A stretch of DNA of 64,000 bases from Ostrea edulis (taxonomy: Eukaryota), in assembly GCF_947568905.1 (NCBI RefSeq), contig NC_079171.1, positions 57,474,001 through 57,538,000 of the forward strand, in the 5' to 3' direction. Of this stretch, positions 39,394-53,010 are shown one piece after another. Under the pieces are notes generated by a model, which was not told the DNA's origin, did no database searches, and saw only the letters and a list, made by a program, of their open reading frames with translations. The translations under genes and the position numbers were made by a program. The first letter of the stretch is position 1, and every line of letters begins with the position of its first letter.

Positions 39394-42300
39394 CCTACTT
39401 CGATGTACAATATATCATTTCACAGAAGGAAAGAAAATTGATCACTGATATAATGGTAAGCTTACAAGCATTAAAAAGTTCCAGCTATTTAAAAATTTGT
39501 TACTGACAATATATTAAAAACTTACAGGAGTTGATGCTTATAATTGAATTCATTACAATTTTTTTAAAAAAAAAATATCAGTTTAAACTGTGCATGTAGA
39601 AAATACTGACTTTGTATGTTAGAATAACGGGGAAAAGTAAATTGTCAAAAAAGTGTGGAGAGCAGACCAGCCCAGCCTCCCTGCCCACCCCAACCCCTTG
39701 TATACGTGCCTGAAACAACATATCAGTTCGTGTTGAAAGAAAGGTGCATATCTGCATTTCATTAAATTCCAAAGGAGCTCGAATTTATGTGTTCCCCTAT
39801 TAATTATTTTGTATGCAAGATTCGTTCCCGAATTTAGAACCATGCTTTCAGTCAGAGCAGAAATGAATTCATTTTGAAGTACATCTAGTTTGAATGCAAA
39901 TGTGGGGTTCGTTCTTTTAATTTCATCAGACTCATTAGAACCCCCTCCCCCAAACTATGCAGCTTTGTTTTTATTGATATCCAAATCGGCATATGAATCC
40001 GGATATAAATTATATAATGTTTTTTCGTGATCATATAGATATCGATACTAGAAAATGTTTATACTCTTGTCTTTTGCATGTCCTACTAATGCATTACAGT
40101 AGATTGAAACTGTATCATATCAAATAAAACCTCAACACGAATTTTACTGATTTATGAATACTAACATCTTATCGAATACATTTGAATTTGAAATTTCGAC
40201 GTACAGCGGTATGTCTATTTTCAGAATATATCCATTGCGCCAGATCTACGAAATGCAAATAATCATTATGGCATGTTACAGAAACGTTAAAGCATACATA
40301 TGCTATAGTCCTGCAATGCATGCATACGATTTTTCTGAATACATGTATGTATGTATTCGTGAATGAAGTTCCTACGCTTAAAACTTTTGGCCTTTATGCA
40401 TTTTGTTTTGTGATTTTGGTTTACCATTCCTTACACTGTGTAAATGAAGGAAAACGTGGTAAAGGGTGCAATTCTACACCATACAATTAGTATGCATGCA
40501 TGTGTTGAAAAGCAAAATGTACATGTAATAACCAGACATATATCGTCATTTTTCATGGGAGGGGGGGGGGTACAACAGGAAGAAAAAAATGGAAAATTGG
40601 ATTCTTCAAAATTTCTTGCCCTTCAAAATAATAATTGAAAAAGATGAACGAAAACAGCAATAAAATAAAATTTAAAAAAACAACAAACAAACAAAAAACC
40701 AAGATGTTTTATCCGATGTTCAAAGTCCTAATGTGGGGGTGAAGGGTTAAAACAGTCTTTTACTTTGACTGCCTCAATAATTTCCCCCTACACTTCATTT
40801 GCTTACATCGTTGGGGGTGGGATGGGGTGTTTAGAGTCCTCTACCATGAGTGCCTCATAATATCTTCATTTTCTTAATTGGTGGTGGTGTGTGTCTTCTA
40901 CTATTGTACAAGAACTTTCAAGCTGGAGTCAAGTTTGGAGGGGTTGGGGTTGTCACCCAATATATTTTTTACTTGCATTACAAAATAACGGCCTATCACT
41001 TCTGTGGGCGCGGGTTCAAAACCCGCTCGCACCGGTAAGTGAGAAAGTTTCCCAGTTTATTTTCGGAAGGTCGGTGGTCTCTTTCCAGGTACATTGTATC
41101 TGGTTTCTCTCTTCCACCAACAAAAACTGGGCGCCACCAGATTACTGAAAAATTGTTGAGTATGGCGGAAAACATAAAAAAAAAATAAATAAAAAAAAAA
41201 TGGATATTGTTATCAAAGATGGGGGGCAGACACTCCTGTCCCCTCCCCTTGATTCTATGTACCTTTGTACTTGACCTTTGTATTTGGGAGAGGGCCTATA
41301 TAGGCTATGGCTGTTGCCCAATCCTGTTGAGTTTCTCAATAAAATATGTTTAAATAAAAAAATTATATGTGCTTGATAACTACGCATATGATAAACTCAA
41401 TTACTATATTTTGCATTACTACAATTTGCGTCGAGTTCAACGCAGAATGTAATAAAGCAAAATGGGATAGATATATAAGATCTATTGAGCGTCGAATTAG
41501 CATAAAATGAACAAATTGAAAATAGCATTGTTTAAAAATATGTTTAATTTTTAATCATTGCGTGCTTTAAATGAATGAAATAAATCTGTATTATCAATTA
41601 ATGAGAGCAATATTGAGTTACTGTTCTCTTATATTGAATTAACGATATCATTTGTCTTAATAAGAACGCGATTATTACAAGATCATCGTTTGAATCCCCC
41701 CCCCTCTCTCTCTCTCATCCCATACACTCGTGCAGTGTTGTATATGCAAATTATCTATGCACAAACAATTTATGTACCTAAATGATTTCCTGATTTATAA
41801 ATCTGCAATACTCTGACAAGTAAATCATACGGTATAAGGATTCATGCACAATACAGGGTAAATATTCTACTCTGATACTTCCCCTGATTGAAGATAGCTG
41901 ATCGGCACGGACTAAGTGTGTCGCAGTCTGTACAATGGACAATGTTGTTTACTGTTGGAATACAAATGGAGTGTATCGTTTTGTTTCATGGATTATGCTA
42001 ATAAAGGGAGTTTTACTACTACTTTGAGTATTTTCGTGTACACGTACATCTTCAGTCCTTTACAGATATTACGAGTAGACCCAGGTAAATAGTCATCCGC
42101 ATTCGATGCTTTTTCATGGCGAGCATACATGACCATGTCTTCTTTATACGTACAGTAGCATTTATGTATTTGCATTTTGCTTGAAGTAAGTGTGAATGGT
42201 ATATATTTTATACCCTTTGCTTATTCCATTTCATCAATAGATGTAAATAATAGATGAAATATTTCTCCGCGTTTGTGTATAGTTTTGACATATTTACTGC

Positions 42301-45300
42301 AAATGTACGCACATTCACGTAAAGAAAAGGCATTCTATATTTATTTATCCAAAGCTTTTAGAATGATTTACTACTGTACGATATGTTTATTGTAATTTTG
42401 AGCACTGCGTGGTGTTCCAAACGAGATTTCATTTCTTCTTGATGTCCTATAAATTAGTATCGGAAATGTACGTGTTACCTGTCGAAGCTACCCGCACAGG
42501 TAAATCGAAGACACTGATGTGAAGTGAAGCGTAGCAAAACTCGTCCCCTTATATACCATGCGAACCCTGATACATATAACAATAGAATATCCAACTAATA
42601 TGGCAGATTAGCAAAGAAATATGGCGGACATATAGAATTATACTATATTTATTAATTCATGTCAGCTTTAAGCAAGATACAACAATCAGTCAATTGGACC
42701 AAGGTCTCTCAAGGTTATTTTGGAAAGATCAATGTCATTCATAACACATACCTTATATGAAAAGAGTGCCCTATTTTAATTGTTTTAGCTCACCTGAGCT
42801 GAAAGTTCAAATGAGCTATTCTGATTACCTCTTGTTCGTCGTCTGTCCGTCTGTCTGTCTGTAAAATTTTCATATTTTAGACTTCTCCAGAATCACTGGG
42901 CCAATTTCAACCAAACTTGGCAAAATGTATTCTTGTGTGAAGGGCTTTCAAGATTATTCAAATGAAGGGCTATACCCCCTTCAATGGGGGAGATAATCAC
43001 AAAAATGCAAAATAGGGTGGGGTTATTTAAAAATCTTCTTCTCAAGAACACTGAGCTAGAAGAGCTGAAATTTACTTCAAGTTTGTGAAAACCATGACCC
43101 CCGGAGGTAGGGTGGGGCCACAATAGGGGATCAAAGTTTTCCATACAAATAGATATGGAAAATATTTAAAAATCTTCTTCTCATCAACCACTAAGCCATA
43201 AGAGGTGAAATTTACTTGAGAGCTTTCTGACATAGTGCACATTCAAGTTTGTTGAATTCGTGGCCCCGGGGGTAGGATGGGTCACGATAGGAAATCAAAG
43301 TTTTACATACATAAAATAGGGAAAATCATTGAAAATCTTTTGAAGAATCACTGGGCCATCATGGGGAGGGGGGGGGGGGGTAGCCTCGGGTAGGATTGGG
43401 CCGCAATAAGGGATCAAAGTTTGACGTGCAAATATATAGAAAAAATCTTTAAAAATATTCCCAAGAACCATTGGGCCATAGAAGTTTACATTTACATGAA
43501 AGCTTCCTGCCATAGTGCAAATTCACGTTTTTAAAAATCATGGCACCTGGGGGTAGGTTGGGGCCAAAATAGGGTTCAACATTGTAAATGCTGAATATAG
43601 GGAAAATCTTTAAATATGGGTCAAGGTGATTCAGGTGAGCAATGTAGCCCATGGGCCTCTTGTTGAACAGGTATTGATCATATATCACACAAATAAGAAA
43701 TAGGGAAATTACTTTCAGACGAAGGTCATTCAAGTTCATTTTGTAGAGGTCAAAATCACTCAAGATATACCTTATATATGACAAAACCTTCAGATTTTAA
43801 CAGTTATTGATCATTGTGCAAGTCATTTCTTATATGAAGCAGTTCATTGATTAGAGGAGCATTCATCAGTTTTACTGATATTCTTGTTTCATAAAATGTT
43901 ACATAATAAATAATATGAATACTTATTTTGTTTCTAACACTAACGGTATAGATATCTGCAGTGTTGTATTATAAAATTTCCAAAGATTTAACGTCAAGCA
44001 CATCACAGAGCAGATAGAGGAATTGTCTCATGGGAATGATTATTTAATCTAATTGTGTTTCAAGAAGTTTCATCTGTCTGTCCAATTAAGATTCTATTAG
44101 CCCCTTATTTAGAATAAACTTTGTACAAACCAAAAATAAGTAAATCATCCCAAAATTGATTTATGTGTCGTTTGAATTTGTACACCGCCTTACAATGCCA
44201 TTTTTATGTATTTATACATGCATATTGTAACAATGATATAAGACGTATGTCTTAAGCAATAAATATAATGAATGATTGATCGTTTATTTTAGGCCCCATC
44301 GAAAAAATTTCACTCATATTGAGATACCAACAGCTGTAGGTGAAATACCACGATTTATGCTTAGCACTCAGGGTTCTTTAACACACCAGCGTCTGTCGCG
44401 ACACGGGACTTCCGTTCTTAAGGTCATATCAGAAAGACCCCGTGATTGCCGAGCGTTTGGCAAAGGAACAACCACTACCTATGTTTAAGTCGTAGGTTTG
44501 ACGCGGACATGGCATGGACGGGGCTCGAACCCACGACCTTCCGGTTACGAAGCGAACGCTATACCAATAAGTTAAAGATTGATTGATTGGTTGTACATTG
44601 TTTAAAGTCCCTCTCGAGAATTTTTCACTGATATAGAGACGTCACCATTGCCGGTGAAGGGCTGCAAATTTTAGGCCTATCCTCTGTTTATGACCATTCA
44701 ACAGGGAGGGATCGTCATTGTGCCACACCTGCAGTAACACAGAACTTAGTATTTTACAGTCTTATCCAAAGTATCGCCCCATTTAATCACCTCTTACGAC
44801 AAGCAAGGGTTACTGTCTACTGGAGATCTATTCTAACCCATATCTTCATGGAATCCATTTAAAAGAACTCATGTAAAACTTATATGGTACCAATTTTGAT
44901 GCACCAGATGCGCATTTCGACAAATAATGTCTATTCAGTGATGCTCAACCGACATTTTTGAAATCCGAAATAACAGTAAACTTGTAGGCCCTCAGAGCTA
45001 TTTTAGGGAAAAACAGAGTGCCAAAAAAAGTGGAGTCAAATTCGTCTAAGGATAAGAGCTATGCATGAGGGAGATAATCCTTAACTTTGAAATGAATTTC
45101 TAAATTTTATCCCAGCAGTTAAATATACATCCGTATTTTCAAGCTAGTAACGAAATATAGAGATCATCTAATTATTAGTAATAAAATGAAAAAATGTTTT
45201 TGAATATTTTTGTAGTTATTTTAGCAATTCAGGAGATATATTGACAAGTCAAATTCAATGTGCAATAGACACATTAAAAGGAATAATCTTGATTTCACCT

Positions 45301-46963
45301 CAAACCTAACATCAAATATATTAGTGCAATCTCTGTACTAATTAAGGTTGACATGATTTTGTGTCATACAATTTTATCTGTTTATAATGTAAGGTGAAGA
45401 TAATGAACAGTGGTCAATCTCATAACTCCTATAAGCAATACAATATAGAGAGTTGGGCAAACACGGACCCTACGTATACCAGAGGTGGGATCAGGTGCCT
45501 AGGAGGAGTAAGCAACCCCTGTGGGCCGTGAGCCCTATATCCTGATCAGGTAAACGGAGTTATCCGTAGTCAAAATCGGCCTAACAATCTGTATGAAACA
45601 CGTTAGACAACATTTGACCCAATGGTAGGTTGTATTGGCAAACTAGATCGTTATAAAGACTATAGAATTTGCGAAATAATGACTTTAAACGAGATTGTTG
45701 GAACCCCTGCACCATCAATGTGTTTGTCAGTAGTCTGCTTCAATTTAAAAACTGACATGCGTAGAACAAGCTAATCAACATCTGACCGGCGTATCCTGTG
45801 CTGTGGCGGTGCTTTTTATCATCGGTTTAAAACATAGAAATACCATAGATGCTGCATATGTTATGGGGTGCAGGATATTACACTAACAAATCGATTTATT
45901 CGTTTTTATTTACAGATTTCTGTACACTGATTTCACTCAGGTGACTGCTGAGAACTTTGGTGATCTGATGTGCTGCGCTAAAAAATACGAAACAGAATTC
46001 TTGTCAGTCCTGTGTAAGAAGTCGTTAAGGAATTTCATCTCAACAAACATCGTTTGTCAAATGATGGAATTCTCTCAGATCTACAATGACCTGGAGATCG
46101 TGAATATCTGCTTGGGAACAGTTGAACATCACATGCCCTCTTTTCTATACACAGATTTATTTTTGCAGCTGTGTCCCACGTGTGTGTACAAAATAACGCA
46201 ATATGACAGAATGCTCGCTCCAGAGAAAGTTATTTTTGAACGCGTTTTGAAATGGTCTGAAAAAGAATGCACGAGACAAAAATTATCAGTCACGGCCGAA
46301 AACCAAAGAAAGATCTTGGGAGACATCCTGTACGAGGTCCGCTTTCCCATTATGGATCACCAGTATCTGGAAGATGTCGTCTGTGGATCGAAACTTCTGA
46401 ATGATGGAGAGAAGGTAGATATTTTACGACAACAGTTGAAATCGAAAAAAGAAAACCCAGGAAAGTTCAAGACCCATACAAGAATATGGGAGCCAACAGC
46501 AGTGATGTTAAGCAAATGCCACATCTCCAAAGCAAAGCTTTATAGTTTTAAAGCAGGCTGCGAATTCTCTCTACGATTTGGAGTATCCTCACAAACCGTT
46601 TTACTCGGAATATATCTCAATATTGAGTGTATAAACCCTTATTTCTTCCAAGTTAAAAACTCGAACGTGATTGCTTCCATCACGCCTTTGGAATTGTTAG
46701 GTGGCGATACTACCGAAACAGTGAAGGATTTCTCCACACCGTTCATTAAAGTTAAAGAAAATCTTATCGAACTTTATCCCCGATTCTTCATCCCGCTTAA
46801 GAAGGGTGTACAATACACCGTTTCTGTTCGCTTTGATGATAAATTGCAAACCAGTCTCCAGTTTAAAGAAATGCAGCAACTGCCAACACCTATTGCATTT
46901 AATAGAAAAACTCTATCAGTGTCTACATCATCTCATCTCATTAGAGGACTGTGGATGACTTAG
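34728..46963 (+). CDS. BTB/POZ-BACK domain protein (BTBD1/2/3/6-like), ~433 aa
   Basis: join(34728-34981, 45916-46963), 1302 nt, phase-2 intron GA|gtaagt...tttacag|A. BTB motifs DVTFQVG..EVKAHKFILMCRSNVFFSMF and EFLYTD; BACK-like EKVIFERVLKW...LYEVRFPIM. Acceptor ttttattcAG just before the ATG implies an upstream UTR exon. Confidence 0.9.
36732..37772 (+). mobile_element. 5'-truncated RTE-clade LINE
   Basis: RT C-terminus GARQGCVWSPLLF...VADD, LLYASETW, RNRLRWFGHMSRM in one frame with a single TAG (37100-37102). (CAGT)n(CACT)n tail; TSD cactcaaca at 36723-36731 and 37773-37781. Confidence 0.85.
38078..42693 (+). mobile_element. tRNA-derived SINE split by the Kolobok-like element
   Basis: Body 38078-38285; tail resumes at 42672-42693 (gcaagatacaacaatcagtcaa). 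13-bp TSD ttggaccaaggtc at 38065-38077 and 42694-42706. Confidence 0.8.
38286..42667. mobile_element. Non-autonomous Kolobok-like DNA transposon
   Basis: TTAA on both sides (38282-38285, 42668-42671). 22-bp TIR AGCTGAC(C/A)TGAATTAATAAATA with AG..CT termini. Degenerate subterminal inverted blocks out to ~750 bp. No transposase ORF seen. Confidence 0.85.
42783..43664 (+). mobile_element. CvA/pearl-like element with satellite-type core repeats
   Basis: 5' ttttagctcacctgagc, GTCT/GTCC microsatellite, degenerate ~165-bp core repeats, 3' aggtgagc plus gcccatgggc palindrome and tcttgtt. Related pieces at 11069-12520 and 33715-33770. Confidence 0.8.
44272..44570 (-). mobile_element. SINE with truncated tRNA-like head; related copy at ~51070-51330 (-)
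   Basis: TTGGTATAGCG...CTTCGTAA...GGTTCGAGCCC head lacking the 5' acceptor strand, followed by a SINE body. Confidence 0.65.
44871..45155 (-). mobile_element. Hammerhead-repeat copy with mutated core (CTGAATA at 44901-44944)
   Basis: Same family sequence starting catgtaaaacttata on the + strand. Confidence 0.75.
45392..45775 (-). mobile_element. Penelope-like 3' end just upstream of BTB exon 2
   Basis: Family 3'-end sequence. Confidence 0.75.
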
Positions 46964-47468
46964 TGCCGAGAATATTATGAATTGTATTCTCACATTTTGA
47001 GGTTTTCACGATCTGAGTTGATATTTCTTGGTCTTTGTTGTCGTTGTTCATAATCATAGGATTAGTACTTAAAACATCTAAGTGTAAGGAACATATACGA
47101 TGTAGTTTTGCTTAACAGCAGGTCTTAAGCAAGAAAGATTTATCTTGTGAGGGGGCGGGACATCAGGTGATAGACGGAATGAAGCACATATATCTATTGA
47201 CGTCCTCTTTGATAAATAAGGCTTTTACTTTTTATGATTTGATTAATAAAAACAAACAGCGAAGCGGGTACGTGAAATCCTACGAAAAAGTTATGAAAAT
47301 GAGTAGGTTTTTATACATTATCAATTACATGTTTTTCCAAAACTTCAGGAATGTTGGGGGGTGGTGGTGTGGGTGTGTTTTACCTACCTTTAGAAATGTT
47401 TCATATATATGAAGACGTCACCAGCTGTAGGTGAAGTACCACAATTTTTTTTACCACAAATTTAGACC

Positions 47469-47777
47469 TACATGTAAAACTTATACGGTACCAATTTCGA
47501 TGCACCAGATGCGCATTTCGACAAATAATGTCACTTCAGTGATGCTCAACCGAAATGTTTGAAATCCGAAATAACAATGAAGTTTTAGAGCTATTATAGC
47601 CAAAAACAGCGTGCAAAAAAGGTGGAGTCAAATTCGTCTAAGGACAAGAGCTCTGCATGAGGGAAATAATCCTTAATTTTGAAATGAATTTCTAAATTTT
47701 ATAACATCAATTAAATATACATCCGTATTTTCAAGCTAGTAACGAAGTACTTAGCTACTGGGCTGTACATGTAAAAC
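47469..47777 (-). mobile_element. Hammerhead-repeat copy (core CTGAAGT) flanked by a 12-bp direct repeat
   Basis: tacatgtaaaac at 47469-47480 and 47766-47777; ribozyme motif at 47502-47545. Confidence 0.75.
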
Positions 47778-49501
47778 GTCTGCTTAATTTTGTACAAGAT
47801 ATTGAAAATAAAACTTGATGTTTGAGTCACTGGATGTTTACACAGAATATTAAAATTTGCGGTTTTTATCATAATCTGCTTTAATGATACTTTCAGATAT
47901 TACATTACGGATAATGTAATTAACGTTACACATTTAAAGGGACTGATTCCCGATTTTTCCCAAAATTTTATTTTTCACTTTAAATTATCAAAAGCTGCTG
48001 TCTGATATGTTTTAAAAATTTCACATAAAAATTAAGGATATACATTATCACAGAAGCTCACTTTAGAGAGTTCATTATTTGTTTTGTAAACAAACATTGT
48101 GGTATGTTAATTGTTTCCGAAATTTTCAAAAGAAATGGATATCGATCTAAGTTCCTTATAACGTTCACATTTCGAGCATTCTTCGGGTAAAATGTGTCAT
48201 CTAAAAGTTAAAATTCGCGACTGCAAACTTAAGATGCTTTATATTAAAAATTAATATTTCACGTGTTTGTTTGTTTGTTTACATATAAAGACTTGAGTCT
48301 TTGTTTACATAACACAAATTAAGGCTAAGATATAGTTTTTATTATTGCATTCAGAAGGTCAAACTTTTGGTTGTCAACATTAAATGAGTTATACTTTTAA
48401 TATATAACATCAATAATAAAAAAATATTTTGTTAAAAAATCGTTAACCAGTCCCTTTAAAATTAAGTTTCTAAGTCACCTGAGTTTACACTTGCAATACG
48501 CAACTTTTGAGATATCAGTTCTTCTGTGATGGAGGTACGCTCAGTGTTCTGTTGAACGTTTGGGTGGGTACAAGATGTATACATATACTATAAACTAGCT
48601 ATGTAAATACGGATAAAGGTAGTGAAAATGTTAATTTTGTTTATATCAACCGTTGATATACATTAAACTGACCATATCAAGAATAACATTTGTTTGATTT
48701 AGGCCATTAAATTAAATATGAAATCATTTTTTATTTCCTCCTCCGCACGAGGGATATTTTAATCAAAGAAAAAATGGTGATCATCGATTTTTGTTTGAGC
48801 TAATTTATTATTAGATACTAATAAACTTACTAATATTGTGTGTCCCTGCAGATTGGGTGGTTGCATGACGTCTGATAATCGGCCTTAAGGCAATATATGA
48901 AGGCAGCTATAAGCATTTGTACCCACCGCGTGTGGACGATACTATGTTTTGCGTCTCACTGTGTGTAAGAGTTCCAGAAAGGGAAAGAACTATTGGGGAA
49001 CTCGGAAATTGCGTATTGTTCTGCGTCCGTCGTCGTGCGTTCTCCGTCGGGCGTTAATGATGAACATTTTTAACTTCTTTTTTAAAACTACCATTCCATT
49101 TCTTTTCAAATTTAGTCTGAGGCTTCTCTAGGACAGGACGGACGTAAATTCTAAATTTCAGGACTCATGCATCCCTCGGGCCTATTGGGCTGGACAAAAA
49201 CTGGCAAAAATTTACCAATTCTAAACATTATTCTTCCTTACAACCACACAGGTGCAAGAAGAATGAACTGCATGCATTGCGCAGTATTGTAAAGCAGGAA
49301 AGTCACTGCAAAAATTATAATTATCATGACCCCAGGGGTAGAGGTTCTAATGTCAGGTCAGGGCCAAACTTGGTATATAGTATGTATGTGTAAAACAGTA
49401 AGAAAAAGAACATATTCTTTAATTTTGATATTAAATTGAAACTAAATACTTAGAAGGATGAAGAGGTAGCCAATCAGCCCTTTACCAAAGTTGCAATTTC
49501 A

Positions 49502-50140
49502 TACTTAGATATTCTTATTGAAATTAGATACTAGCGACAAACTAACAACTCAACTTTATGACAAACTTCCTATGATTTCAGCTTCTCCATCGTCAATTTC
49601 CCATATTTTTGTAGCAATATTCCAATATCACCTGCATATGGTGCTTATATCTCTCAACTCATTCGATACGCAAGAGCTTATTCTGCGTATGGTCAGTTTT
49701 TAAAGTGAAGCAGGCTACTGACAAACACGTTGATAGTACAGGGGTTTGAACAGCCTCGTTTAAAGTCAGTGTGTCGCAAATTCTATGGTCGTATAACGAT
49801 CTAGTTTGCCAATACAACCTATCGCTGGGTGCAATGCTGTCTGACGTGATTCATACCGATTAGTTGACCGTTCTTGACACACTGATTTTGACTACAGATA
49901 ACTCCGTTTACGTGGTCAAGATGTAGGACTGACGGCGGATGTGACCGGTCGACAGGGGATGCTTACTCTTCTTAGACACCCGATCCCACCTCTTTTGTGT
50001 TCAGTGTCCGTGTTACTTTTAACTAATATTCAGGGTTAAGGGATGATTACTCCTCCTAGGCACCTGATCCCACCTCTTGTATATCCAGGGATCCGTGTTT
50101 GCCCAACTCTTTGTTTTGTATTGCTTATAGGAATTATGAA
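49502..50140 (+). mobile_element. Penelope-like RT C-terminal fragment plus a second short 3' end
   Basis: LDILL.....KLTTQLYDK...AYGAYISQLIRYARA-like frames with indels, then caggggatgcttactc motifs. Confidence 0.75.
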
Positions 50141-51673
50141 ATTTGTTGTGTAACAGGAATATTTTTACGTACGAATTACTCAGAAGTAGAACTTTTCATG
50201 AGTTACTGCCCTTTTCTTAAACTCCCCAGTTAGTACAATCAGATTTGTCAGTCGATATAGATGCTCAGAGACAGAAGTCTCCACGCGCACCACGTACGGC
50301 AAAGATGCCACCACACCTTGTACAGAGTACAACCCTTTATCGTATCCTGTAGTCCCACAGTGCAAGTTTTTATTATATTTTCATTTATTTATGACATGCA
50401 GTATTTATGTTTGGATGTAAGTGTAGGTAAACAATGTACCTGTTTGGCGGGAAATAGTTCGTGCATAGTCAACCATTGTTTATGAGATATATGTAGTAAA
50501 AGTTATCATTTCTTTTCATTCAATATTACTTGATAGTCATACTAGTATTTATATTTTTTGAATACTGCATAATTAATTGGTATAATGTGAAGTTAATTGT
50601 TTATACAAATTTTCATATTCTTAAAATACTCATTATTTGTCAATCGTGAGTGCATAACTTTATTGTAAGCTATTCTGAATTTCTTTATGTAATTGTGTAT
50701 TTATTTTTGTTACAGCTTTTTACTAATTGAATAAACTGACGTACAGAAACCTAGGCTTTGTGTCAGTACAAGATTGATCACTATTCTTATCTTTGCCTTT
50801 CATTCAGGTAAAAGATAGGGCATGTTGACCTCTTTTTCACAAGTATGTTATGTTTTTTGAAAAATAACTTTAACTCAGAGATAATTGATTTGTTATTCAA
50901 TTCGTAAGATATTGATTACAATAATTTAACGATGTTACATGTCATACATATTTCTTGAAAATGCTTTCTTGCTTTGGTTTACATATATACTTTTGAATAC
51001 AAACATATTGTTCTGTATTAAATTCTTTTAAAGTATTCTTTTTTTTGTGTGACAAGGAAATTGGCCCAATATGGCCAACGCCTGCCACGACACGATACCT
51101 ATGTTCTTCAGGTCATATCAGGAACATCCGTGATTCTCACTTTTAAATGCCGAGCTATTGACGTGTGGAACTAATTCCAGATTCCTCTTACTCTTAGGTC
51201 CGCTTTCATTGTGCGACATGTCACAATATAAAAGCGGAGGTAAGAGTCAGAGAGAATTCGAATTAGAGTTGGACTCGAACTCGTGAACTCCGCTTACGAC
51301 GCGAACGCTCTAATCACTGGGCTGCCCAGTAAAATATGAACGATTTTATAGAAAAAGCTATGACATTGCAAAATATTAAAAATGTATAGATTACCAAAAA
51401 GGACATATCTTTAATTATTTTTTCAATTACAGTTACTTTATTAGTACCATCACTAGGCTCTTTAACTTTAATATATATTATTAGACGAGCAGTGCAGTGA
51501 CCTGCCCTTAAAGCGTTAAGGTGAACTTTAGAATTAGTGAAGGGGGGGAAACCTCAGGCCTAGGAAAGAGATTTAAATAATGTCTCTTTTGCGACTCCGT
51601 TGTGTATAAAGTATCATGTTTTCTATTGCAGTTACTCACATATCATACCCGACAAACTAGACAGTCACTGTGG

Positions 51674-52217
51674 TTATTAGTCCCCTACCGACGAAGTCGA
51701 AGGGGACTTTAGGTTTGCGCTCCATCCATCCGACCGTCTGTCCGTCAGTCCAGTTTTCCGCACTTTTTCTCTGTTCTTGCAGATATTTATTTCATATTTG
51801 GTATGTGGCTTTGCCATAACAAGTTACAGATCTAGTTCGAATTACGTCTCGGTCCGTTGATTTTTCACTTAATTATTGCCCTTGGACTTAGAAAAATAGC
51901 ATAAATAATCAGTTTTCCCGACTTTTTTGGTTGTGCTTGCAGATATTCATTTGATATTTGGTGCATTGCTTTGTCATAACAAGTTACAGATCAAGTTTGA
52001 ATTTGGTCCCGGTCCGTTCACTTAGTTATGACCCTTGGACTTAGAAAAATAGCATAAATTATCCGTTTTCCGGACTTGTTTTGGTTGTGCTTGTAGATAT
52101 TCATTTGATATTTGGTACATCGCTTTGCCAAAACAGGTTACAGATCAAGTTTGAATTTGGTCCTGGTCCGTTGATTTTTCATTTAGTTATGGCCCTTGGA
52201 CTTCGAAAAAAAGCATG
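51674..52217 (+). mobile_element. HINE-like element with about three ~155-bp core repeats
   Basis: ttattagtcccctac...gaaggggact head, GTCC tract, repeats starting near 51752, 51911 and 52064. Confidence 0.65.
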
Positions 52218-52231
52218 AATTGTAAGTTTAC

Positions 52232-52365
52232 ATCCAGTCAACAGGGGATGCTTACTCCTCCTAGGCACCTGGTGTGTCCAGGGGTCCGTGTTTGCCCAAC
52301 TATCTATTTTGTATTGCTTGTAGGAGTTATGAGATTGATCACTGTTCATTATCTTCACCTTGCAT
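52232..52365 (+). mobile_element. Short Penelope-like 3' end; further copies at 60349-60485 (-) and 60992-61126 (+)
   Basis: caggggatgcttactcctcctaggcacc...ttatcttcaccttgcat. Confidence 0.75.
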
Positions 52366-52898
52366 CCAAGTTTCTTATCTCTGTAGATACGAATACTACA
52401 CTCATTAAAACTTTTAGCATAGTAATACAACGACATAGCTGAATTATTCATGATCACCTACATATCACAGTTTATTGACTTGGTAAAAGACCTAAACTTA
52501 ATTATAAATTTGTCTTTTTTCCTGGTCTAGTCTCTACTCGATTAGTAGTTGATTTCCAACCATTCCTATCCTGGTTCTCCAATTTTCGCTTTTACCATAA
52601 CCTACATAATGAACTTTGAATATTGTTGTGGTACAGCAATTTTTGCAACCGGTAGGGGACTATGTATTGCCATACAATACTCTCAGAATGCTTGTTTATA
52701 CCAATATTTATATTTGAAATGCAAACATGGAATGAACATATAAAAGTACTGGCTAATAGAAGTTTAAATGCCCATGGCAGTCCATGTTAATTTCCATAGT
52801 CCGCCAATGATTCTTTTATTTGCATGCAGATGAAGCGATACATGATAGACCTGATCAACGCAAAACATGATAGAAAACGGAAAACCTTAATGCAAAAC

Positions 52899-53010
52899 TC
52901 GATACGATAGGATACACGCACGATACGATAGGATACACGCACGATACGATAGGATACACGCACGATACGATAGGATACACGCACGATACGATAGGATATA
53001 TGCACGATAG
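52899..53010. repeat. 21-bp minisatellite, about 5 copies
   Basis: acgatacgataggatacacgc units. Confidence 0.9.

Larger units (their letters stand above)
36241..43888 (+). mobile_element. Helentron-associated (HINE/pearl-like) element with core tandem repeats, hosting nested insertions
   Basis: 5' tttATGCTCCC plus GTCC microsatellite; repeated ttggaccaaggtcactc units; 3' gagGAGCAT, atcagttttactgat hairpin, attcttgtt. Confidence 0.65.

Noticed and set aside
44510-44570. tRNA-Thr(CGT)-like sequence
   Set aside because: The 5' acceptor strand is missing and it is attached to a SINE body.
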